Assembly (NCBI GenBank): GCA_044236265.1
Contig: JBIIGV010000047.1
Location: forward strand, 1 to 20,930
Length of the DNA: 20,930 nucleotides
Source of the DNA: Oligoflexales bacterium
Lineage (GTDB): Bacteria > Bdellovibrionota_B > Oligoflexia > Oligoflexales > RGVZ01
Reading direction: 5' to 3'
Of this stretch, positions 8,459 to 16,652 are shown in pieces. Each line of letters starts with the position of its first letter. Within the stretch, counting starts at the first letter, position 1. The position numbers and the translations under genes were made by a program. Under the pieces are notes generated by a model that did not search any database, was not told where the DNA came from, and was given only the letters and a program-made list of their open reading frames with translations.

Positions 8459-9757
8459 TCAGTGCGCTGTTCCTTCGATCACTGGATTCTGATTGAACGT
8501 CAATGTTTCTTTTACTGATATTGGTGCAGGGCACTGACCTAACATTCCAGAGCTCCCAAGGCGGATCCACTGATTCATCGGGTACTGTCCTTTTGGAAGT
8601 CCACTGTTATTGAAGAAAATGCCAACCTTGCCTGGATCGCTTTCAGCGATCTCCCATCCCAGTTCTTTTTTGAATTTACCTACATCAGAAACCCAGACAG
8701 GGTAGAATCCGCGGGCGACCATTGATGGTTCGAGGTAAATATCAATACCGTATGGAAGTGTTCCGATCGAACCACGAAGGCTAAAGGCACAGTTGTCTTT
8801 ACGGCAAAACTTCGAACCTTCTTTTGCGTAATTCTCCCATCCCTCTTTGATTAATGATGGTTTCGCATCAAGCATGGCGTTTGCATGCGGAGAACGGTCG
8901 ATCGTCGCATTTTCGGTCTGCCACATATAGAGCAAGCCGCTTCCGGCATTCAGACGGGAATGCGCGTCTACAGGAACATCGATGATCGATGGGATGTGGG
9001 CCGAATCTCCGTAGAATCCAACCGTCGTGCCAAGTTTTAGATCGATTTTCATAAATAGAAGTCTCAGGTAAAAATCTATACTCCCTACCATGCCGACAGG
9101 TCCGGATGCGCTTCGCCCAACATAAGACTCAACATTTTTGTTTGTGAAGTTCAAAGTTAGAAATCTTTTGATGTCGAGATGAAGGGTCAGGTCTGAGTTT
9201 GAGGCAGCAGGAAGGGACTCTTTCCAACCCGTGTCCTTGGCAACAAGTGATTTGTACATAAGTTGGTTATTGGGCAGGTACTGATAATCGTAATGTTGAG
9301 ATGTGACGGTCTTGAGTTCTGAATTGTGTTCAACGGGTAGGGCCGTAACAAGTGCGACATCTTCGCAGCCAGTTAAATAAGCAAATTTACCCGGCTGATT
9401 TGGATTTTCAATTTCTAAAGCTTTCTTGCCAGAGCACGGGGGCATATCGGTTGCTGCGATTCTTTCTCCAAATGTTTCAATGCGAAGGGAAATTCTGTCG
9501 GTCATTGCGAGTGGCTTTGTCGGATTGGATCCTGCAAGCACGCCTCGCTGATCAAGCTCGTCAACCTGAATTGGAACAGTGACCCAGGAACGTTTGCCGT
9601 CTTTGGCACTCATCGCAAATGCGCGCAGGTTCTGCCTGGCCTTTAAATCCAATGAAGATAGCTTTTCAGCCTCTAGGTAAGCAGGGCATCCGATTGCAGT
9701 GGATGTGTTACTGAGTGTTAGCGTTAAGCCAAGTAATGATAAAAAACGAGTTTTCAT
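8459..9757 (-). CDS. Secreted hypothetical protein (about 432 aa, beta-rich appearance)
   Basis: Long ORF. Signal peptide MKTRFLSLLGLTLTLSNTSTA after a GGGAGGG RBS. No catalytic motif recognised. The track start at 9808 falls inside the sigma28-like promoter. Confidence 0.8.
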   Translation of the reverse strand: MKTRFLSLLGLTLTLSNTSTAIGCPAYLEAEKLSSLDLKARQNLRAFAMSAKDGKRSWVTVPIQVDELDQRGVLAGSNPTKPLAMTDRISLRIETFGERIAATDMPPCSGKKALEIENPNQPGKFAYLTGCEDVALVTALPVEHNSELKTVTSQHYDYQYLPNNQLMYKSLVAKDTGWKESLPAASNSDLTLHLDIKRFLTLNFTNKNVESYVGRSASGPVGMVGSIDFYLRLLFMKIDLKLGTTVGFYGDSAHIPSIIDVPVDAHSRLNAGSGLLYMWQTENATIDRSPHANAMLDAKPSLIKEGWENYAKEGSKFCRKDNCAFSLRGSIGTLPYGIDIYLEPSMVARGFYPVWVSDVGKFKKELGWEIAESDPGKVGIFFNNSGLPKGQYPMNQWIRLGSSGMLGQCPAPISVKETLTFNQNPVIEGTAH

Positions 9758-9786
9758 GAAGCCCTCCCTAGCCAAACTCAGGAGGG

Positions 9787-9813
9787 TCTTCGGATGCTTA
9801 TTGGTCATCTTTA
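9787..9813 (-). promoter_or_regulatory. Sigma28 (FliA)-type promoter
   Basis: Minus strand TAAAGATG-N11-TCCGAAGA versus TAAAGTTT-N11-GCCGATAA; exact spacer, 30 nt upstream of ATG 9757. Confidence 0.55.
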
Positions 9814-9961
9814 AAACTAATTTAGAAACAACAGGAAAAGCAGCGGCTTAACAGTGGCTTGGAGGTGGGTCATTGCTCGACTAGGCAGAATTTGCCTTAA
9901 GGGACGGCCGGTTAGTGACGAATCTGTATGACATTCAATAACGCAGGGAGGCGTTGATATC

Positions 9962-11836
9962 ATGCGACTTGGACTCACCGGAGCCGTCTTTTTTTGTTGT
10001 GTCTCAGCGGTTGCTTACGGTTTTGAGACGCCCCATGCGCTTAAACAAAAATATCGTCAGTTTATGTCACAGCAGCCGACTATTGCAGAGGACGGCTCAG
10101 TGGCTCTTGGTGAGGCGCGACTGTTTTATCGTGGAAAACTTCGTGTTTTGTATGTCCAGGGGGATACGTTCGAAATGGCTTATCAGCACGGAAGGCTGTT
10201 GCGAGATGATATTCGACAGGGCGCACTTCCGCAAACGGCTATGATTGTACGAAACTCTGTATTGAATGCGTTTCCGCTGCCGCCGAATGCGGCGGAGTCA
10301 GTCATCAAGACTATAAATCGTATTTATGGTGGACGTATGGTCGACTACGCAGCCAAATCTCTCGGCATCAGTGAGCATGAGTTTTTAGCTGATGCTTATG
10401 GTATGGCTGAGGGTTCTGGTCTGAGCGCGGATACGGTGGTCAATGCGTTGACCGGTCCTGAAACTCTGCAAGTCATTTTGGGTGAAAAAGTTGGTGGTGG
10501 CAGCTCCTTGCCAGCGCCCCTATCGGTGAGTGAATGCACTGATTTTGCAGTCCGCTCGTCACGTGGTGATGGCATGATCATAGGGCGAAATACGGACTAT
10601 CCATTAAATGGGAGTTTTGATCGATTCCCGACGGTTGTGTACTATCACCCCACAAATGGTGATCAGAAATTTATGTCAGTAACTTCGGCTGGCCTACACA
10701 CCGCTGGTGTAGTTGGCTTGAATGAGTCAGGTCTTTTTGTCGGCATTCATACCATTCCGACTCAAAATGTCGGAAAAAATGGATTCCCAGCGTTTTTCAT
10801 TGGTGAACGAGTTTTACGTAAGGCCAAAAACTTTGAAGAGGCCGTTCGTATTTTTTCCAAAATGAAGCCAGCAGCTGGTTGGGCATATACGCTAGTCAGT
10901 ACACATGAAAAGCGCTCAGCTGCCATTGAGTTTAATAATAAAAATTTTGTTGTGAGAGAGTCGCGCTCGGGTGCTTATATTCAGACCAACCACTATATGA
11001 CTGATGCAATGAAGTCCGCAAATCTTGATTTAAACGCAACTGTGAACCAAGATACGCGGGCTCGATATAGGCGAGTCCAAGATTTGTTAGATGTAAATAA
11101 CTTCAGACTAGATGCAGATGGCGCCGTCAAGATTCTGGCTGACAAAGTCGATCCGATTACTGGACAGACCCGCGGACTAGGCAATGTCGTAGCAGTTCAC
11201 ACGACGTTGACAAGTGCGGTTGTGGATTCTCATGCCCGTAAGGTGTACGTTGCAACTGGCACGGCGCCGGTTTCATTGACACCGTTTGTGGAGGTTCCAA
11301 TAGTAGAAGATTTTGATCCGCACTCGTTTTTAGGGCATGGTTATTCTGTTTTGGAACACACCAGTTATCACAATATGTATCCCGACTTAAGCCGTGCCGA
11401 GCAACTTTATATTGAAGCAAAAACTGCATACGAAACGGATTTGAATCCAAGAAAATCTGCAGAAATTTTGAAGGACGTCGTTTTAGCGGATAAAGATAAT
11501 CCCGGGTATCAATACATGCTGGCACTCATGTATGCAAAAAGTGGTGATTTCTCCTCTGCAGAGGATGTTTTTAAGGCCGTGGCGGTGTCGGGTGATGAAC
11601 ACTATCGACTGGCAAGCAATTACTTTTTGGGCAGAATTGCTGCTCATCGCGGCGATCACCATTCGGCCGAAGGCTATCTAAGTAAAGTTGTTCTCAACGC
11701 AAGTCCACGAGACGAAGCGCCCTTGTTAGCGGCAGCGCAACGGTCCTTGGACAAGGTTAAAAGGTTTGGGTTTTACAGGTTCAATCACAAGTCTTTGGCG
11801 ATCTTCATGCCCGAGGCTGATGTCGTGCAGTATTGA
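9962..11836 (+). CDS. Secreted C45-family Ntn-hydrolase (isopenicillin-N acyltransferase / acid ceramidase / NAAA-like) with C-terminal TPR-like helices
   Basis: LYVQGDTFEMAYQHGRLL alpha-chain start; autoproteolysis site SE/CTDFAV (Cys at 10535); IIGRNTDY; GLNESGL; QTNHY. C-terminal YQYMLALMYAKSGDFSSA and NYFLGRIAAHRGDHHSA are TPR-like. Signal peptide and GGGAGG RBS present. Confidence 0.88.
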   Translation: MRLGLTGAVFFCCVSAVAYGFETPHALKQKYRQFMSQQPTIAEDGSVALGEARLFYRGKLRVLYVQGDTFEMAYQHGRLLRDDIRQGALPQTAMIVRNSVLNAFPLPPNAAESVIKTINRIYGGRMVDYAAKSLGISEHEFLADAYGMAEGSGLSADTVVNALTGPETLQVILGEKVGGGSSLPAPLSVSECTDFAVRSSRGDGMIIGRNTDYPLNGSFDRFPTVVYYHPTNGDQKFMSVTSAGLHTAGVVGLNESGLFVGIHTIPTQNVGKNGFPAFFIGERVLRKAKNFEEAVRIFSKMKPAAGWAYTLVSTHEKRSAAIEFNNKNFVVRESRSGAYIQTNHYMTDAMKSANLDLNATVNQDTRARYRRVQDLLDVNNFRLDADGAVKILADKVDPITGQTRGLGNVVAVHTTLTSAVVDSHARKVYVATGTAPVSLTPFVEVPIVEDFDPHSFLGHGYSVLEHTSYHNMYPDLSRAEQLYIEAKTAYETDLNPRKSAEILKDVVLADKDNPGYQYMLALMYAKSGDFSSAEDVFKAVAVSGDEHYRLASNYFLGRIAAHRGDHHSAEGYLSKVVLNASPRDEAPLLAAAQRSLDKVKRFGFYRFNHKSLAIFMPEADVVQY

Positions 11837-11850
11837 ACGCCAACTTTTGT

Positions 11851-13239
11851 TCACTTGATGCCGATCATGTCAGCAATTTTCTTATTAATTGCTTCGAATT
11901 CAGCGTCTGGACCATTGATAGCGGTGATGCGTAAATTATTGTTTGAAGCATCAGCTTTTGTCAGACGGAGCGGCAACCATGGCGCATAGTCTTTACGAAT
12001 CTCCTCCAGGTTGTACTGACGCTTGCCGGTAACGACCATCGACCACCTTTTTGTAAAAATCTCGCTGAGATCTGCCCTGATCTGACCAGTAGCTGTGTCC
12101 ACGACATCAAGTCGGTCGGGCAGTGTAATTGCTACGCCATTATCAGTTACGTCAACCTTTACCGGAGCACGAAGGCTCAGATTCTCATAGACTGAACCCA
12201 GAGTCTCGACGGATCTGAAGTTGGCTATGAGCGTTATCACCTGGTCTTGCATTGTCATGTCGACAGGTGTCTCTCCGGTAAACTGCACGACGATGTCTTC
12301 GGGTGAGCCAATAACGTCTTCAGGCGTTGCGTAATCACCTGAGGGATTTAAAATTAAATGCAAAAGTTCCATGTCAGACATCGTAAAGTCTGCAAGGTAG
12401 GTTTTGGCGATGTCGCGGATGTACTGAGGTTTGACGTTGATTAATAGGGCCTCGTCACCCTCAGGTTTAAGTTCCAGCTGATTAGCACCATCGGCACTTG
12501 GTACCATGACGTAGACGGCACCTTTCGTGCTGAGAAAGCGGGGAGGAATGGGTATCAGTTTTGTTCTGAGCGTCGCATCACGAACCCAGTTTTGCCAAGC
12601 TTCGTTGGCTGTTTTGACCATGGGGGTCGTTAATTGATTGAAGAGATCATTAATCGTTTTGACCGCTCGTTCGGAGATCTCCCGCTCGTTTTCAGGAATT
12701 TGTTTGGCCATGGCGCGCTCCGCCGCGTTGCGGCCGAGTCGTTCTTTAATTCTTCTGAAAAGTCCGCCCGCCCAAACATCGAGATTTTTAACGGTCAGTT
12801 TCGTTTTGGCTGAGGTGGCAGCAGGATGCGCGGTAAGTCCCGCCTCGTTTAAAAAGAAACACTTATTAGAGGATGTGTTTGTATTTGCTTCCGCATCAGA
12901 GTGGACAAAAATCTGACCGGGAGCTGAAATCGTTGCATCGATATCGCTGTGGATCGCGTTTGACGCATTGATACAAAAACCAAGCCCGTTTTTACCCGTT
13001 TGCCACGGTGCAAGGTGCGCATTGCCGTTGACATTAATGCGAGTGATGATTCTGGTTCGATTTAATGTCGTGTCCAGGTCTTCCGTACGCTGAATAGGGA
13101 GCTTTGAGAGCTTCCTGAGGAAAGACGCGGACACTGCGAGTTCAGCGTTCGGCTGCGGTAGTGGGTCAGTTGCGGACAAAAGTAATGCCGCTGCCGCAAT
13201 GATTATGAGTGTCTTGTTGAGTATCGATGCGCGTTTCAT
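11851..13239 (-). CDS. Secreted hypothetical protein, possible two-domain BPI/LBP (TULIP)-like lipid-binding fold
   Basis: 462-aa ORF with signal peptide. The pattern strand + short helix (PNAELAVSASFLRKL), long strands, long helix is echoed in the second half (EALLINVKPQYIRDIA). The CDS is secure; the fold is inference. Confidence 0.7.
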   Translation of the reverse strand: MKRASILNKTLIIIAAAALLLSATDPLPQPNAELAVSASFLRKLSKLPIQRTEDLDTTLNRTRIITRINVNGNAHLAPWQTGKNGLGFCINASNAIHSDIDATISAPGQIFVHSDAEANTNTSSNKCFFLNEAGLTAHPAATSAKTKLTVKNLDVWAGGLFRRIKERLGRNAAERAMAKQIPENEREISERAVKTINDLFNQLTTPMVKTANEAWQNWVRDATLRTKLIPIPPRFLSTKGAVYVMVPSADGANQLELKPEGDEALLINVKPQYIRDIAKTYLADFTMSDMELLHLILNPSGDYATPEDVIGSPEDIVVQFTGETPVDMTMQDQVITLIANFRSVETLGSVYENLSLRAPVKVDVTDNGVAITLPDRLDVVDTATGQIRADLSEIFTKRWSMVVTGKRQYNLEEIRKDYAPWLPLRLTKADASNNNLRITAINGPDAEFEAINKKIADMIGIK

Positions 13240-13291
13240 GGTATTCCAGCCTCTTCTTCAGTCAATTGGTGACGAGGATTATTTCTGTGTC

Positions 13292-14473
13292 CTACTTCTT
13301 CAGGATTGAGCTGATGCCGCGATGTGTGTACGGCGTCAGATCAGTACCATCGAGTCCCTGTGCTCCTTTGCCTGGTTTAAGAGCAACCCGTGCGTGACAT
13401 TTGTTGTTCGAAAAACAATCTTCGAAGGTTTTTCGACCTAAAGCGATGAGCGTATCTACGGGGGCCGAGCGTCGAGGAACTTTGCGGAAGTCATCCATAG
13501 ATCCTTCGACTTTGAAATCGTACCACCAGTTCAGTTCCAGCATGCGACGATTGACGTCGATCAGAAATGTATTCTTTAGGAATCTATTGAGCATCGGAAC
13601 AAAATACAGACCACCACTGGCAATGGTCAGTATTTCTGGATCCGCGAGCTTGAAGTCTTGCACGATCGCTTGCATTATGACGCCGCCTTGGTATTCGCGG
13701 TTAGCAGGAGCGGGAATCCCGACAAATGCTTCAGGGTTTGGTTCTTTTACTGGATAAAAATAAGTTGGCTCAGCGACTGATGCGCGTACAGCTAATATTA
13801 GATCAGCCGGGGTTTTAACCATGCGAATATCACAGAGTCTTCGTTCGGCAGGCACCTTTAATAGATAAGCCGCCCCAGCCTCATTGGTAAAGTAAGTACA
13901 GGCCTTGCCGAGTCGCTCACCTGATGCTTTGCTGAAAACGTCTAGGTTATCCCAATTCAAGGTTTTTGAATTTGCGGGACGATAGGTCCCCGGCTTGGTG
14001 TCGCGGAGGACTTCGTTGTTTGATGCCGCGATCGCAAACGGATGCGTCGGGGTGCACGTCCCGTTGTTAGTAGCGGCCATCATGGATTTGTCTAGCGCCG
14101 AAACGTCCTGCGCTACATTTTGTCCGCTAAAAATTTTGATCAATTTGACAGGATCATCTTCTGCAATGATTGCTGGATCAAAGGTTGGTAGCAGCTGCTT
14201 CGCACGTCCAATGGTCTCAGCGCTGAGGCCGTTACAGGCGAAGAAAGCGGTCAACACAGACCCTGAGCTCGAACCAGAGAAAATGGTCGTTCCAATTTTA
14301 TTGGCGTCCAAGTGTTGATAGAGAGACTCCCAAACGCCAACGTCAAAGCTTAATAGACTGCCCTTGAATTCGAAGGCGACAAGAATATCTTTCTTTTCCG
14401 AAGCATAGAGGCCGGACGATGTGGTGGACAATAGCCCTGTAACCACTAGTAGCAGGCGACGTAAAGACATCAT
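13292..14473 (-). CDS. Secreted patatin-like phospholipase-fold protein with non-canonical motifs
   Basis: FDVGVWESL, IFSGSSSGS (GxSxG), AVRASVAEPTYF and EYQGGV (DGG position) in patatin order. Signal peptide MMSLRRLLLVVTGLLSTTSSGLYA. Confidence 0.78.
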   Translation of the reverse strand: MMSLRRLLLVVTGLLSTTSSGLYASEKKDILVAFEFKGSLLSFDVGVWESLYQHLDANKIGTTIFSGSSSGSVLTAFFACNGLSAETIGRAKQLLPTFDPAIIAEDDPVKLIKIFSGQNVAQDVSALDKSMMAATNNGTCTPTHPFAIAASNNEVLRDTKPGTYRPANSKTLNWDNLDVFSKASGERLGKACTYFTNEAGAAYLLKVPAERRLCDIRMVKTPADLILAVRASVAEPTYFYPVKEPNPEAFVGIPAPANREYQGGVIMQAIVQDFKLADPEILTIASGGLYFVPMLNRFLKNTFLIDVNRRMLELNWWYDFKVEGSMDDFRKVPRRSAPVDTLIALGRKTFEDCFSNNKCHARVALKPGKGAQGLDGTDLTPYTHRGISSILKK

Positions 14474-14796
14474 GGACGGCGTCCTTTCTTTAACTCTCAC
14501 TTGGCAAAAGAGGCTGACCTGGCTGTAGAGCCCTCAAGTGCCTGATGTGTATGGTTTTCATGGCGTGAGGGTGATAGTTTTGAGGCTTAAAGTCAATGAG
14601 ATCTTCTTACTATTAACATGATTTATCGAAGGAGAAACAGTTAGTGTCCTCCTAAAGTCCTGAATTCATTATATTTAGTGGGGAGCCCCCGCTAGTATTG
14701 TTCCAATAAAATTTTAAAATGATTGATTTCTATTAAAAAGGTGATATGAAAGGGGTTCAATTTTATAGAGATGGAAATATCAAAGGAGCCGTTCCT

Positions 14797-15474
14797 ATGA
14801 AAACTGGTCTAACGAAATTCATCTGTGCCGTCATCATCGTGTTGTCTGGTTGCGGTACAGCCTCTATGGGAGTTGCTTCTGTAACTGAAGATTCCCTGAT
14901 GCGCCGTGATGACAGCATCGACGCCCATAACAAGCTTGTCGCTGCTGAGTTGACGCGTGAAAGAACAAGAGCTCAACTCGCGCAAGCGAAAGTTGTCTAC
15001 GACATGCAGCTCAGGTTAGGGAATACGAACACCACATCCAAATGGGAAATTTATGTGTCTTTGATTGACCTGCTCAAGGCTCAGATCGAAGATCGTGTTG
15101 CCAAACATATGGTGACCATTGCTGGGCTTGATGAGCAGATCGGTAGTCTTCGTCGCACGTGGCGCGAAGGCTCTGCTCCGGTTGACGTGCCGGCTCTAGC
15201 TCGTCTGATGGTTGAGAAGCGTGAATCAGCCTTGCTTTTGGCTGAAGGTTCTTTAGCTGATTTCCGTCAGCTTGCTGAGGCTCGCAAGGCCATGTATGAA
15301 ATTCAGGATGAGCTTGCCAGTCGCCGTGTGATTAGTGAAGAAGATCGACATTTAGCCATGGTTTTGAAAAACCAGTCATCTGCAGAAGCCACAATATGGG
15401 GTTCTGAGTTGGAAAAGGCAAAGGTCCATTTGGAAGAAGCGAAGCGGGATCTTGAGCAAGTCGGTCAACGATAG
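14797..15474 (+). CDS. All-helical lipoprotein with two TolC/HlyD-like alpha-hairpin repeats
   Basis: AAAGGAG RBS; lipobox VLSG-C; internal repeat KVVYDMQLRLGNTNTTSKWE / KAMYEIQDELASRRVISEED 99 aa apart; coiled-coil composition. Confidence 0.7.
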   Translation: MKTGLTKFICAVIIVLSGCGTASMGVASVTEDSLMRRDDSIDAHNKLVAAELTRERTRAQLAQAKVVYDMQLRLGNTNTTSKWEIYVSLIDLLKAQIEDRVAKHMVTIAGLDEQIGSLRRTWREGSAPVDVPALARLMVEKRESALLLAEGSLADFRQLAEARKAMYEIQDELASRRVISEEDRHLAMVLKNQSSAEATIWGSELEKAKVHLEEAKRDLEQVGQR

Positions 15475-15540
15475 ACGTCTGAGTTCCCGAGAGTTTTAAT
15501 TTAGATTTAATTTATCTAAAGTGAAGGAGTTGTAGGTCAT

Positions 15541-16308
15541 ATGAAAAGTCTAAAAAGAGCTTTAGTGTTTGTCTTAGCCGCTACTGCAATCGTGGAAACT
15601 TCAGTTTTTGCAGATTGTCGGGTTGTCTCTGATATTCGAATTGACTCGTCTGATGACATCAGTAAATACGAGCAAGTTTGCGAGGCGCAGAACGTCACAG
15701 TTTTTGCCGATGGTCAGGAGCGCTTGATTCTTCCGAATCTTAAGAGGGCAGGCCTTGTAAACATTGACTCCCGCGGTTTAAGAGCGGTGGCCATGCCTGC
15801 TCTGGAGCAGGTTCGCGATCTTTATATACAGGGAGCAGGCGTGGAAGTCGTCGAATTTCCTGCGCTGAAACACGTAAGTGGTCGTCTAGTCATTCAGAAC
15901 CAGCCGGTAAAGTTTTTGAACCTTCCTGAATTGAATCAGGTTGGTCGTTTGATCATCCATGGCTGTGCAAACCTGGAATTCATCTTTGCGGATAAACTAC
16001 AATCAATTGGTTCAGCAGAGTTGGCAGCCAACTCAAAATTAAATGCGAGTGTCGTTCAAGTTCTAGAGAACCTGACGATCCTATCTCCAGAGCAATATGC
16101 TTATCGCCAAGAGCAGGCTGAAAAGATGAGAATGTATCGTCAGCAGTTAATTCGCAATGGATCTCAACCAGCGCCTATCAGGCCAACTGGGCATCCCACA
16201 CATTTCCGCGACTACATGACTAATTATTATGTCGATTACCCAGCTCAGTATCATGACTACTGGTATTCGATTGGACCGTGGGGTTTCTGGCTCTGGCATA
16301 GACTGTAA
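15541..16308 (+). CDS. Secreted receptor L-domain-like leucine-rich repeat protein with aromatic C-terminal tail
   Basis: AAGGAG RBS; signal peptide ending VFA; about five 22-23 aa repeats (LPNLKRAG, MPALEQVR, FPALKHVSG, LPELNQVG, ADKLQSIG). Confidence 0.75.
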   Translation: MKSLKRALVFVLAATAIVETSVFADCRVVSDIRIDSSDDISKYEQVCEAQNVTVFADGQERLILPNLKRAGLVNIDSRGLRAVAMPALEQVRDLYIQGAGVEVVEFPALKHVSGRLVIQNQPVKFLNLPELNQVGRLIIHGCANLEFIFADKLQSIGSAELAANSKLNASVVQVLENLTILSPEQYAYRQEQAEKMRMYRQQLIRNGSQPAPIRPTGHPTHFRDYMTNYYVDYPAQYHDYWYSIGPWGFWLWHRL

Positions 16309-16332
16309 GTCCCAATAGTTTACGATTCAATC

Positions 16333-16362
16333 AAAGGCGACTCCGAAGGAGTCGCCTTTTTT
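16333..16362 (+). terminator. Rho-independent terminator
   Basis: AAAGGCGACTCC-gaa-GGAGTCGCCTTT-TTT, perfect 12-bp stem 24 nt after the stop at 16308. Confidence 0.92.
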
Positions 16363-16652
16363 ACTTCAAGCCATTGCCCATTATCGGCTGGGGTTAAAGA
16401 GTATCCGGAGATTCGCCTTGTAACACAGGTGGGGCCCGTTTTCGGTAACCATCATCAATGCGTCAAAGTCATGGTTTATTTGGGGGTAAACGGCGGTAAT
16501 TGCTGAAGCCATCCGTAACGATAAAACTGCTTTGTGAATTAAAGCCTCTACATGGACAACGCACCGTAAGCATGGTGTAATTTTAGAGTGAGTTTTTTTT
16601 CTAAAGCCGCCTCGAAACGGCGTTTCTGACGTTTCGCAAAAGGGAGACCTGA

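Noticed and set aside
14450..14473. Twin-arginine (Tat) signal in the patatin N-terminus (SLRRLLL)
   Set aside because: Poor match to S/T-R-R-x-F-L-K and a very short n-region; a Sec signal is the simpler reading.
16363..16652. ncRNA or c-di-GMP riboswitch in the 290-nt intergenic region; perfect sigma28 -10 box GCCGATAA on the minus strand at 16381-16388
   Set aside because: No GEMM-type conserved motifs were recognised, the -10 box has no TAAA -35 element at the right spacing, and there is no downstream gene on that strand. An Rfam/Infernal scan would be needed to exclude an RNA fully.
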